Source of the DNA: Candidatus Nanoarchaeia archaeon | GTDB taxonomy: Archaea; Nanobdellota; Nanobdellia; Woesearchaeales; SKIA01 | Direction of reading: 5' to 3' | NCBI GenBank assembly: GCA_028279685.1 | Contig: JANQNG010000059.1 | Coordinates: forward strand, 26,945 to 90,944 | Length of the DNA stretch: 64,000 nt | Shown here: positions 48,801 through 57,798 of the stretch, one piece after another | Layout of the letters: each line of letters opens with the position of its first letter | Position numbering within the stretch: position 1 is the first letter of the stretch | The notes under the pieces: generated by a model | The model's database searches: none | What the model saw: only the letters and a program-made list of their open reading frames with translations | What the model was told of the DNA's origin: nothing | Program-made: the position numbers and the translations under genes

Positions 48801-51226
48801 ACGATGATTGCGTAGCAAGATGTGTCCAAAGAATTTGTTCAAACGTAGAAGAGTGTGGAAATAATATTTGTGAAGGAAACGAAGTGCAAACATGCCCTGA
48901 AGATTGTCCTCTAGAGCCTATTGTTGTTCCAGGACAACTTTCATTGAGTTCTTCAATAATAGAGGAAGGAACACCATCTGTTAATGTAAACATGCCTGCT
49001 CAGGCAGGAGAATTCATAGGATTATACAGGAATATCTATCTCGATGATGTTGTTGTTGCAGGAGCAATGACTAATGATTTTATCGGCATGTCAGATACCT
49101 ACACAGTTCTCGTCGAGGGAGCATATGGTGATGCAGTAGGAATATTAGATACATTAAATCTCGCCCCTGGAAGCTATGAAGTTGGAGTGTTAGCATATAG
49201 ATATGATTTTGATATTGGAGATTGGGACAGAACACAATATTTTTACTATCCTACAACGCTTGAAGTAACAGAAGATTTGGTTTGCACACCAAATACATTG
49301 AGATGTAATGGTCTTGATGTTGAACAATGTACGCCAGAAGGAGATGCATGGGCTTTTGTTGAAACGTGTGATACTGCTTGTAGTGGTGGTGTTTGTGAGG
49401 ATTCTGTTTGTGAGGAGAATGAGCTTCGTTGTAATGGTCTTGATGTTGAGCGATGTCAGAACGATAATTGGGTATTTATAGAGACATGCGTCACTGCTTG
49501 TAGTGGTGGTGTTTGTGAGGATTCTGTTTGTGAGGAGAATGAGCTTCGTTGTAATGGTCTTGATGTTGAACAATGTCAAAATAATGATTGGGCTTTTGTT
49601 GAAACGTGTGATACTGGTTGTGATCAAGGGATATGTATAACTTGTGCAACTCCAACTCAATGCGGCACTGGTGAATTTGCAGATATGCTTTACAAATGCG
49701 AAGGAGATACTTATGTTGAGTATGATTGGTGTTTGAGTGGATGTGTAGATGGTGCTTGCAATCCAAATTGTGTTGAAGGAGAATTCTTATGCCATTATCA
49801 AGAGGATTATAATGAAGGAGGAACACTAAGACTCAGATGCGATGAGATTGAAGCATGGAATTACTATGATCAATGTGCTAGTGGGTGCAACACAGCAAAC
49901 AATCAATGTAATAGCCCTTGTTCAGAAGGAAGCTATAGATGCAGTCCTAGTGATGAAAATTTTAGACAAGTATGTAACGGAGATGGTGGCTATGTTGATC
50001 TTGATTATTGTCCTAATGGTTGTGTTTCAGGATCATGTGTAGGATCGTGTATTCAAGGAGAAAGAAGTTGCGTAGGCTCAAATGTTTTGGAATGCAATGC
50101 AATGAACGCGTATGATTTAGTAGAAGAATGTGAATATGCTTGTGTTGATGGAGCTTGCACTGGAATATGTGTTCCTGGACGACAAACATGCAATGGAGAT
50201 GTTCTTATGACTTGTGATAGTAGTGGACAGTATGTTGAAGAACAAGATTGTGCAAATACAGGTCAGATTTGCAAAAATCTTCAATGTGTAGATCAATATT
50301 ATGATCCTCAAATAGATACTTCAAGAGATGGAGAAACACAAGTGCTGACAATGGAAGTGGATGATTCTGTTTATGGATTGATTGACAGACATTATAGAAT
50401 ACATCTTCCTTCAGGGTATACTTCTGCACAAAATTATCCATTGTATTTTGCATTCCATGGTAGAAGCGGAACTGCGACAAACACAGAAGAATATACTGGA
50501 ATGTCTGATGAAGCTGATGAAAAAGGATTTATTGTGGTGTATCCTCAAGCATTAGGGGATAGTGGTGGTGGAGAAACATATATACTTCCAGGAATGGAAG
50601 GATTGCGTCAGGGAGGAAGTATACTCAGCACAGGATGGAATATGGAAATAAGTAGTCTAGTTACATATTATGGAGGATATTTCAAAATTGATGATAAGCA
50701 ATTTATGATAGAACTATTCGAGAAATTAGTTGATGAATTATCTATTGATACGAGTAATGTAGTGATGTCAGGCGTCTCAAATGGAGGAGGATTTGTACAA
50801 TATTTGTCAGCCGTAGATAAAACAGGAGAATTTTCACATGTGTTCCATCAAGGATTTAGGGGGGCAGGATTATGTTCAACAGGAATATGGGGTATTAGAC
50901 AACCAGAAATTCTTCAACAGCTTCCAATTATGATTTTTAGAGGTAGTTGGGATCCAATAACACCGTACCTTGGGGAATTGAATCAAAACGGAAAATACAG
51001 GCTTCCTGCAGAATTAATGATAGAAACATTAGCAGGAGTAAATGATTGTGATCCCGAGCCTGTGAGGGTATATAGATATATTCCTACTGATGATTTGCAT
51101 GTGTTCCGATGGGAATATCAGAATTGTGTGGAGCCAATTGAGTTCTATAAAATAATACATGGAAGGCATAAATGGTATGATTATTGGCAGACTGATTTGT
51201 TCTTGGATTTTGTAGGGATTACTTAA
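45809..51226 (+). CDS. Large surface protein: beta-helix glycosidase/lyase-like domain with LamG insert, Ig-like domain, Cys-rich repeats, C-terminal PHB-depolymerase-like esterase
   Basis: YFVSTDGND..GT..DPF, RARTPN, LDSEGEWY, DGGPLY/GIYLD; DGNWH..G.IDDLRIY; Cys repeats; FHG, VVYPQA, GVSNGG, GSWD, GRH.W. Confidence 0.85.
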   Translation: MKKEVMMKIWHYGVIIAGALAILLFLFSSPYVKEEDVNIFGKAITYDQVAYCGDHSCITPEDMLNCPLDCSMPTHTYFVSTDGNDFGQGTIGDPFETVEAARSAIRVLKDNNQFTGAIDVFLREGVYEISEPITLDQRDSGEPGKPIIYRSYPGEKATIIGSEDLSVSWQQYSGNIYMADVSGWIALHGDFNTLFIDGERAIRARTPNIGEYFQIDRGSSCVSPADVNPNFAFYFFEGDLNPSWSNLQDIELIAYKAWQASRHKIESIDGVNNIVYHVGKTKRGYCEWAGGRYYVENLLEGLDSEGEWYLDKNTQIVYYWPKAGEDIHSLRFQIPKPISLLEVEAQQEVLDLGRQFTISHWVKTTDDSNLIYTVGNAFSAKGIRFGISEGQVAFQIGDGYSDLQGNSYTSRSTCSGGAGPLNDGNWHLISAVFDLDAQTAKCFVDDYFQSATFELPRQYDDIGDTFLEIGNPPHGYEGGVDGIFANQFVGEIDDLRIYSTTLNALQISNIYNKNPSSDNLLFHLDFENLNNVVDNSVNGYEMVAYGDRIQSQGPTSLGNAFVVNSENDNIVIEPEWIHNVHVAGISFGQTEWTMPEGGYRGSQAGSRVHDPPAVKYSFTKDSSFINNDISLTGAWAFKGDHNHDLLISRNYFNHIGGGGIRLGGEATIDEEMSHDCSMIHNRITNLGEVYKDIAVIWTGLNYNMDASHNYAAYCSNAGISMGWKWDPYPSACRDNTMSYNHIHHIKMELQDGGPLYTLGAQPGTVIENNLVHDCTFTSHHTEFVGLKGIYLDQGSKDILVQNNVVYNIGGGALNVNGAYDNIITNNIFVDGGLVNADFGVNAEMYFPGHGDGGYPGGNELTRNIFYFGPDNDYYTLGKPQQYYPSQSGFMYYVYNNDDLKDIMGPGNYLTSISNSDYNLFYSVHNAYRFRVVEPILDFGVWQSQSSFDLNSLTDQDPLFVDYEGRDFTLQPSSPAFDLGFQQIDISEVGPLGVECWDDDDCVARCVQRICSNVEECGNNICEGNEVQTCPEDCPLEPIVVPGQLSLSSSIIEEGTPSVNVNMPAQAGEFIGLYRNIYLDDVVVAGAMTNDFIGMSDTYTVLVEGAYGDAVGILDTLNLAPGSYEVGVLAYRYDFDIGDWDRTQYFYYPTTLEVTEDLVCTPNTLRCNGLDVEQCTPEGDAWAFVETCDTACSGGVCEDSVCEENELRCNGLDVERCQNDNWVFIETCVTACSGGVCEDSVCEENELRCNGLDVEQCQNNDWAFVETCDTGCDQGICITCATPTQCGTGEFADMLYKCEGDTYVEYDWCLSGCVDGACNPNCVEGEFLCHYQEDYNEGGTLRLRCDEIEAWNYYDQCASGCNTANNQCNSPCSEGSYRCSPSDENFRQVCNGDGGYVDLDYCPNGCVSGSCVGSCIQGERSCVGSNVLECNAMNAYDLVEECEYACVDGACTGICVPGRQTCNGDVLMTCDSSGQYVEEQDCANTGQICKNLQCVDQYYDPQIDTSRDGETQVLTMEVDDSVYGLIDRHYRIHLPSGYTSAQNYPLYFAFHGRSGTATNTEEYTGMSDEADEKGFIVVYPQALGDSGGGETYILPGMEGLRQGGSILSTGWNMEISSLVTYYGGYFKIDDKQFMIELFEKLVDELSIDTSNVVMSGVSNGGGFVQYLSAVDKTGEFSHVFHQGFRGAGLCSTGIWGIRQPEILQQLPIMIFRGSWDPITPYLGELNQNGKYRLPAELMIETLAGVNDCDPEPVRVYRYIPTDDLHVFRWEYQNCVEPIEFYKIIHGRHKWYDYWQTDLFLDFVGIT
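49304..49620 (+). repeat. Near-identical ~120-bp intragenic tandem repeats (Cys-rich units)
   Basis: 49373-49449 identical to 49493-49569; GTAATGGTCTTGATGTTGA three times. Confidence 0.9.
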
Positions 51227-52443
51227 CTAATAGAATTAGGTTCTTTCATCCTCCAATAAATAAATGCAGAAGGGATAGCGATAATACCTGCTAAGAAAAT
51301 AGTGTATTTTGCACCAATGACATCAATAAGGATACCTGCTATAATAGGGCTAAAGATTGCGGGAATTGAATATGCCATTGCTTCAATAGAGCCAATAGTT
51401 GCTCTTAATTTATTGGGAATAAATCTGTGGAAATAGACTTTTCCTGCAGGAATCATCATTAGAGGGAATAATACAATGAAGAATAAAATAATGAATGCGA
51501 CAGGGATGGTAAATGCAAAAACAATAGCTAAGGTCGCAATTACATATAAAATAACTGAATTCACTATGAATTTTCGCTCTTTACCTTCTTTTGCAAATTT
51601 CTTTGCAATCCAAGGAGCAATAGCACCAACCACATGCATACCAGACCACATAAAACCAAATGCATAATCTGGGAAATGTAAGCTTTGCATAAAAGGAATC
51701 CACGTTATTCCTTGATTAAGATAAGTAGATATAGCAAAAATAAATCCTGCGATAAGATAGGGGAGTATAACTTTGTGCTTTCTTGAGTAGATCAATGATT
51801 TTCTTGTTTGATCAATTAATGTTTTGTAGGATTCTTTTATCTTCACTTCTTTTTTTGTAAAACGTTCTTTCACGAAAAGTAAAAAACAAATAGAAGCAAG
51901 ATACGATAAGGCACCCATGATCCAGATGACTGATAACCCAAATTGCTTTACCATAAGAGCACCTAAAACACCAGATATAATGAGTGCAATACTGTCAAAG
52001 CTTTGCGTTTTAACAAAAATATCTTGCATGAGGTGTTTATGTTTATGCTTAATGAGATCTACAAACCATGCTTCTGCTGCGCCTGAAGTAAAAGTAGTGC
52101 CAATTCCCCAAAGAGCAAAAATGAATAACATAGCATAATAATCTGTAATAAACCAAAGGAGCAAAAAGCACATACCTTCTATGATAAATCCTAAAATAGT
52201 TGAAAATTTTCTTCCATAAATATCTGCAATAGCTCCTGTAGGGATTTCAAAAAGTAAAGCAGTAAGAGGAATAAGTGCCATGAGTATGCCGATTTGGGTA
52301 AGACTTAACCCAAGATCAATAAAATATACGACAAAGAATATAGGTGCAAAGAACAATATAGGAGAAATCAGTGCATCAATATACACAGCCCATAGTAGCT
52401 TTAATTCATTCTTCTGGAAGAGTGGCATGAGAAGCTGTTGCAT
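51223..52443 (-). CDS. MFS transporter
   Basis: FEIPTGAIADIYGRK, SGA..AW, RATIGS. Confidence 0.92.
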   Translation of the reverse strand: MQQLLMPLFQKNELKLLWAVYIDALISPILFFAPIFFVVYFIDLGLSLTQIGILMALIPLTALLFEIPTGAIADIYGRKFSTILGFIIEGMCFLLLWFITDYYAMLFIFALWGIGTTFTSGAAEAWFVDLIKHKHKHLMQDIFVKTQSFDSIALIISGVLGALMVKQFGLSVIWIMGALSYLASICFLLFVKERFTKKEVKIKESYKTLIDQTRKSLIYSRKHKVILPYLIAGFIFAISTYLNQGITWIPFMQSLHFPDYAFGFMWSGMHVVGAIAPWIAKKFAKEGKERKFIVNSVILYVIATLAIVFAFTIPVAFIILFFIVLFPLMMIPAGKVYFHRFIPNKLRATIGSIEAMAYSIPAIFSPIIAGILIDVIGAKYTIFLAGIIAIPSAFIYWRMKEPNSIS

Positions 52444-52531
52444 TGAGAGTTAATAAATATTCTCTTTCAAAAAGCCCTAAAATCAACATAATAATACCAA
52501 TATTTAAATATATCAGAAAATTCCTAAAATC

Positions 52532-52948
52532 ATGTTTGTTTACAGTCCTGGAATTCAAGCTTCTGAAATGAAGAGAGTAAATGAGATTACAAAGGCCAGA
52601 AACATTATGTCTGCCATGAGTTATTTTGATCTTTTTTCGAATATTGAGCAATATAAAAAGTGGAGAGCTAAACCATTTTTGAAAAGGTGGATGGATGTTT
52701 ACTTATGTGAATCTCCATCTGAAATTAATTATACTGCGGCTAAGCTTGAATTGACAAAGAGACCTTTGTCTCATTTATCAAAAAAAGAATTAGTTGATTT
52801 TAAGGAAATTCTTGAAGAAAAATGTGATCATAAATTATTTTCAAAAAAAGATTTTCATATTGATTATCTTGTAAGCAGAGTTCGTGAAATAGAAGAGCAT
52901 GGTAATGATAGAATTCCAGTGCCTTTTCCTATGTTAGAATTTGCTTAA
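52532..52948 (+). CDS. Hypothetical protein
   Basis: 138-aa ORF with upstream TATA. Confidence 0.55.
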   Translation: MFVYSPGIQASEMKRVNEITKARNIMSAMSYFDLFSNIEQYKKWRAKPFLKRWMDVYLCESPSEINYTAAKLELTKRPLSHLSKKELVDFKEILEEKCDHKLFSKKDFHIDYLVSRVREIEEHGNDRIPVPFPMLEFA

Positions 52949-53985
52949 TTAACCCTAAAATCCGCGCACACTCTCCATGTTCTAGGTGCGTGTTGTCCGC
53001 ACTTGTGGAGTTTGTAGTGTTTGTAGTGCACTTCTGCTCGTTCGCAGGCTTTCTTGACGTGTTCTTCTGCTAAGCCAAAATCTTTCTCATGTAAGAACAT
53101 ATACAAATGTATCCAGGTTCCTTTATCAGCAACAGATATAGCATCGTCTAAGAAATCAGGTGCATTCTTCGGAGCAGGCATCACAATACGATCATATTTC
53201 TTATGCAGTGTAGGTATCACTTTGTGCACATCGCCACAAACTAAGAAAGCGTTTTTTATTTTATTTAATGCAATATTTTTTAATCCATATTCATGGCCAA
53301 TAGGATTTACTTCTATTCCTGAAACATGAGCTGCTTCAGTATTTTTTGCGATCACACAAACAAACGGTGCTGCACCAGAAAACATAACAAGTACTTCCTC
53401 TCCTTTTTTGACTAATTGAGAAATTCTTTTTCTTTCTGTAGATAAGCGAATAGAATAATATACTTGCTCAACATCAACCAGCATACGAATGCCGTTCTCG
53501 ATCACTTGTGTTTCCTTTGTCTTCTCTCCTGCAAGCCATTTCATCTTCTGAGTTCTGAATTGGCCTTCATGAGCATCATCTTTTCTTAGCACAGTATCAA
53601 CATGCTTGGTCATATTCAATAATGTTTCTGCAATCACTTTCTCATATTTCCTTTGTTCAGGATCAATTTCAACAATGGCGATACTTCCTACGGTATCAAA
53701 AGCTGTTTTAATATTAGGGAGAACATCGTCAGGGATCTTGCCTTGTAAAGCTTCACCAAGATTTTTAGGACTTTTTCCCCTAACTTCGTTTGCTTTACGT
53801 TCCTCAAAGCTCACTTTGATTTTATTTTTTTTAGCTAACTCCTTCACTTTGTCTTCATCTAACACAGCAACTAGGAAGCCATCATCTTCTTTTGTCCAAC
53901 GGACATCAGTATTAACGAGTTCAGCCTCTATAAGCTTCTTCCTCAGTGATTCAGCATGCTTTAAAGGTATTTTGACGAATTGCAT
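52945..53985 (-). CDS. trm5: Trm5/Taw2-family tRNA-modifying SAM-dependent transferase
   Basis: FDTVGSIA, VYYSIRLSTER, MFSGAAPF, YDRIVMP, RVCADF. Confidence 0.85.
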   Translation of the reverse strand: MQFVKIPLKHAESLRKKLIEAELVNTDVRWTKEDDGFLVAVLDEDKVKELAKKNKIKVSFEERKANEVRGKSPKNLGEALQGKIPDDVLPNIKTAFDTVGSIAIVEIDPEQRKYEKVIAETLLNMTKHVDTVLRKDDAHEGQFRTQKMKWLAGEKTKETQVIENGIRMLVDVEQVYYSIRLSTERKRISQLVKKGEEVLVMFSGAAPFVCVIAKNTEAAHVSGIEVNPIGHEYGLKNIALNKIKNAFLVCGDVHKVIPTLHKKYDRIVMPAPKNAPDFLDDAISVADKGTWIHLYMFLHEKDFGLAEEHVKKACERAEVHYKHYKLHKCGQHAPRTWRVCADFRVN

Positions 53986-54026
53986 AAGAATGGAAAGAAA
54001 GAAGGGTTAATAAATATAGTTACTTT

Positions 54027-54515
54027 TCATAACTGTTTTTTTACCCAATCTATAAGATCTTTTGTGACGAATAAGGAAGAATCAAGATATAACTTATTAA
54101 GGATTTTTTTGGTTTCTTTTATTGTTATGAGCTTCATCGCATAAGCTCTTGTTATTATACCTATGGTGCCGTGCACTTTAAATCCTAAATGTTTTCCAAT
54201 GCTTCTTGCTTCTAAGTCATCTGTAAGAAACAATTTGATTTTTTCTTGTTTTCCAAGCGCTATTGCTGCTGATTCTCCAGCACCCAAGCCATATTTATGT
54301 TGGATTGATTTGGCAATATCTTTTGATCTTCCATTTAATTTTACAACAGAAAGTTGAGGCATATCTCTTTTGTTAAAGTTATGTTTCTTTATTTCTTTAT
54401 GTACTTCAGGTGGAATAATGACGCTTTTGACTGTTCTCAAAAGATGTAGGGCACAAACTTCTTTAAGATGAATAAGGGGCCCTGCATCAAGAACAACTAA
54501 GCTAATCTTTTTCAT
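54027..54515 (-). CDS. PIN-domain toxin (DUF3368/VapC-like)
   Basis: VVLDAGPLIHL, GESAAIAL, LTDD..AR, GTIG. Confidence 0.88.
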   Translation of the reverse strand: MKKISLVVLDAGPLIHLKEVCALHLLRTVKSVIIPPEVHKEIKKHNFNKRDMPQLSVVKLNGRSKDIAKSIQHKYGLGAGESAAIALGKQEKIKLFLTDDLEARSIGKHLGFKVHGTIGIITRAYAMKLITIKETKKILNKLYLDSSLFVTKDLIDWVKKQL

Positions 54516-54696
54516 GAAGTCCCCACATCACATCTTCTTTTATTGCAGTTTCAAGTTTTTCTGATTTTGTTCGACGAACAAGTTCTCGTACAGCATCTCG
54601 TATTAATTCGCTCTTGTTAGCATACCATCCTTCTCGTATTAACTCTTCCGATTCGAGCACAAGTTTTTCTGTCATTTTCGCTGGTACTGTAATCAT
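54502..54696 (-). CDS. Ribbon-helix-helix antitoxin
   Basis: GWYANKSELIRDAVR. Confidence 0.88.
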   Translation of the reverse strand: MITVPAKMTEKLVLESEELIREGWYANKSELIRDAVRELVRRTKSEKLETAIKEDVMWGLHEKD

Positions 54697-54708
54697 AGTA
54701 TCACCAAA

Positions 54709-54728
54709 AGTATTACTATGGTAATACT
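54709..54728. promoter_or_regulatory. Palindromic operator of the RHH-PIN TA pair
   Basis: AGTATTAC-TATG-GTAATACT between TATA and start codon. Confidence 0.65.
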
Positions 54729-54934
54729 ATTTAAAGTTTTGGGTTATTATCTATTTTTGGTCTTTAAGCATTTTTTTTGCTCGTATTACTGTTATTTTAG
54801 GATCTTTTAATTATTCTTCCCAATGAAATTCGGATATTTTGCGATCTAATCCGTGATGTTTTTATAATTAATATTTATAGCTTATAAAGGCTAAAAATAG
54901 AAATATTTAAATAGATGTTTAAATTTGCAGTATT

Positions 54935-55243
54935 ATGACAAAAACAGCTTTTCTTGAGGCATTTGGAGATACTCCAACACTCAGAGTATTGGATTTTCTT
55001 GTGGTAAATGAAGATTTTGATTACAGTATGACTGATATAGCTAATCTTTCTAAGGTGGGTTATGCAACATTGAAGTTGTTTTGGAAGAAATTAGAAAGGA
55101 ATAAAATAGTGGAGCAAACAAGGACAGTGGGTAGGGCAAAAATGTATTCATTAAACAACACCAATCCTGTTGTCAAAAAATTCAGAGATTTCTATTGGAC
55201 AGCAACAAAGGTGAAGATACGTGAAAAAGAAATTCTTGCTTAA
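54935..55243 (+). CDS. wHTH transcriptional regulator
   Basis: FGDTPTLRVLDFL..DYSMTDIA...TRTVGRAKMY. Confidence 0.8.
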   Translation: MTKTAFLEAFGDTPTLRVLDFLVVNEDFDYSMTDIANLSKVGYATLKLFWKKLERNKIVEQTRTVGRAKMYSLNNTNPVVKKFRDFYWTATKVKIREKEILA

Positions 55244-55330
55244 AGCAACAATAACGCAATACCTGCAATCATAATGACTGCGAAGATGGCTTTTTCCAAT
55301 ACTTTATGATCATGGAACAATACAATAGTA

Positions 55331-55675
55331 TTATTGATAAACGAGATTAGCGTAAGATAACTCTGGAAGTGTCGTATAATAGAATTTGTTTTTTTGAGTT
55401 TGTACGTAATTGACTATGTCTCTATCATTTGTTTTTTTAGAAAGAGATTTGTGTAGTCTTTCCATAAAATTATCAAATAACGGGATTGTAGGTATTTCGG
55501 TAACTCCTGTTTGATATTTTTTATCATTTTCTAATTCTTGAAGTATCTGAGGTGAATTCTGCTCAATAAAATGTGCAATTCTTTTATTGTATTCTTCTGT
55601 TATTTGATTTGTTAGCTCCATTGTAATATGAGGTTCTTTGGAAATTATAAATTTTGTGAATTTATAGCAAGCCAT
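55331..55675 (-). CDS. Hypothetical protein (island cargo)
   Basis: 114-aa ORF overlapping the PRTase-like gene end. Confidence 0.55.
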   Translation of the reverse strand: MACYKFTKFIISKEPHITMELTNQITEEYNKRIAHFIEQNSPQILQELENDKKYQTGVTEIPTIPLFDNFMERLHKSLSKKTNDRDIVNYVQTQKNKFYYTTLPELSYANLVYQ

Positions 55676-56837
55676 TTAAATTGTTTCTTACCACGTTTTT
55701 TAGCACCCTCTCTATATACCTTAGTTTAGATACTGGTTTTATTGCTAATTCATCATAGTTTATTTTTCGTTCTACTTCCATATCTGTTATTCTTTCAATG
55801 GCTGCGACTTCTATATTCCCTGAATATTCTTTCAACATCTCTTTAATATCAAAAAGAGTGTTGCCTGAGAAAACATTATCATCAACAACCATAATTCTTT
55901 TTCCTATAAGTTCATTAGTTTCACCGATTATTTGTTGCGGGATATATTTTTTTATGGTAGATGGAGAATCATCTTCCCCATATCTTGAATATTTTATAAG
56001 AAAAATATTGTTAATTTTTTCTATATTTTTTATTGAATAAATTGATTTCAACGCATATCCTATTTCAAGAGCACCATATAAAGGATTAACGACAAAATCA
56101 ATCATGTCAGTTTTGTCTTGTCTTAATAATTGACCTGCAAATAATAATATCTGCATGGGATGATCCATTTCTCTTATTAACATTTTTCTTGCTGCAGGTT
56201 CTCCCTCTGGTTTAAATTCAGTTGGATCTTTTGCTTTTGGGAAAATTATTCTTTTTTGGAATATATCAATAATTTCCTCGGAAAAACTACTTTGTTCACC
56301 TAATTCTTGAGTTAATAAGAATTGGTAATAATTTGATATGTCTTTAACACAGTTATTCTTCGCTTCTTCATATAATGACAAATCTAATTCTTTATCTAGC
56401 ATGTGGAAAAAGAATGAATTAAATATTGCCATGTCATAATGTTTTTTATGGTCTAAAATACTGCTCAAAAGAAGTTTTGATTCTAAAGTATCAGCGTAAT
56501 CTGAATTTATATCCATAATTACTTCACTAACTTCGTTAAGATATTTTGTCATAAGAGGAAGAACTTTGTCAAGATTATCTTTTTCAATGATGTTCAAATA
56601 ATATTTTTTTGATCTGAGATATGTTGTTCCATTATTTTTGTTACTTATGCTTTCCAAATATTTTTTTATTCTATTAGGGAATTTATCTAATTGTTTGTTA
56701 AATGAATTCTCTGATATTTTGATTCCGCCAGCATAGTCATAATATTTTAACATTTTTAGAATCTCTTTTGTTTCTTTCGGTGTAAATAAATTATTGAGAA
56801 AGGTAGAAGGAGTTTCTAGATAAGCTATTTCTGGCAT
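55662..56837 (-). CDS. Protein with C-terminal phosphoribosyltransferase fold
   Basis: IMVVDDNVFSGNTL PRPP-binding loop; NPLYGA. Confidence 0.7.
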   Translation of the reverse strand: MPEIAYLETPSTFLNNLFTPKETKEILKMLKYYDYAGGIKISENSFNKQLDKFPNRIKKYLESISNKNNGTTYLRSKKYYLNIIEKDNLDKVLPLMTKYLNEVSEVIMDINSDYADTLESKLLLSSILDHKKHYDMAIFNSFFFHMLDKELDLSLYEEAKNNCVKDISNYYQFLLTQELGEQSSFSEEIIDIFQKRIIFPKAKDPTEFKPEGEPAARKMLIREMDHPMQILLFAGQLLRQDKTDMIDFVVNPLYGALEIGYALKSIYSIKNIEKINNIFLIKYSRYGEDDSPSTIKKYIPQQIIGETNELIGKRIMVVDDNVFSGNTLFDIKEMLKEYSGNIEVAAIERITDMEVERKINYDELAIKPVSKLRYIERVLKNVVRNNLNGLL

Positions 56838-56895
56838 ATTGTTGTTATTGTATGTTTATTTATAAAAGTTTCTTTTTTTAACTACTTATAAGTGC

Positions 56896-57777
56896 TCAAA
56901 GCAACAATAACGCAATACCTGCAATCATAATGGCTGCGAAGATGGCTTTTTCCAATACTTTATGATCATGGAACATTTCATGACCGAAAAAGACATCAAA
57001 TAATGAAGAAACTCTCAGGATTAATCCTGCAATGGCAATTTCTATTACTTTTATGCCTTCGAAATAAAGAAACAAACCTGCATTAAGGCAAACAGCAGCA
57101 AATAATGAATCTTTCCAATCTTTGAATCCTGCTTTAATATCTTGCCAACCATTGAATTTCCATAAAACTAGAATTATCATATTTATCAACATAGCAACCC
57201 TTGTGAAAAATAGAATATCAAAGGAATTCATTGGAGGGATAGATAATCCTAATGATGAAGGAAAAAGGAGTGCTTTGTCAAAACCATAAAGAATAGCAAA
57301 GATTGCTGCAGCAATTAAAAAATGTTTTATGTTGGGATTTTTGAGTATCTGATTTAGCTTGAATTGATGATGTATGAATGATTCCATGAAGTAGAAGGAT
57401 CCAAGAATCAAGATTGCTCCAAATGTTTGTTTCACATCAAGGTGTTCACTAAATATCAATACCCCGACAAGAAGAACAAATAATGGTTGAATAGATGTTA
57501 TTGGTCCAAATTCGGATAATTCTGTCTCTTGAATTGTCTTCATAAAAAAATAGTATCCTGTTGTTGCGAGAATTCCATAAATTACAAGTATTATCCAGAT
57601 TTGGAGAGGATAGTTAAAACTTAGATTTTTAATAAATGGGAGAAGTGTTATCACGACGAAAAACTGTGCGGAAATAATGAACTGAATAGTTTTTTCCCGA
57701 TTTGTTCCTCGCTTGACGAATACATCATATAACGCGAATACTAATGCTGCGAGAATTAATAGTATGTACCCGTTCAT
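56896..57777 (-). CDS. EamA/DMT family transporter
   Basis: About 10 TM segments; two EamA halves. Confidence 0.85.
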   Translation of the reverse strand: MNGYILLILAALVFALYDVFVKRGTNREKTIQFIISAQFFVVITLLPFIKNLSFNYPLQIWIILVIYGILATTGYYFFMKTIQETELSEFGPITSIQPLFVLLVGVLIFSEHLDVKQTFGAILILGSFYFMESFIHHQFKLNQILKNPNIKHFLIAAAIFAILYGFDKALLFPSSLGLSIPPMNSFDILFFTRVAMLINMIILVLWKFNGWQDIKAGFKDWKDSLFAAVCLNAGLFLYFEGIKVIEIAIAGLILRVSSLFDVFFGHEMFHDHKVLEKAIFAAIMIAGIALLLL

Positions 57778-57798
57778 ATGCCACCTCTTTTATAGAGT

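Larger units (their letters stand above)
55237..56975. mobile_element. 1.66-kb insertion flanked by 83-bp direct repeats of the EamA gene 3' end
   Basis: 55237-55319 vs 56893-56975, 2 mismatches; AT-rich cargo; no integrase in window. Confidence 0.75.

Noticed and set aside
54745-54870. Possible minus-strand gene fragment
   Set aside because: Short, interrupted by stops, no recognisable homology
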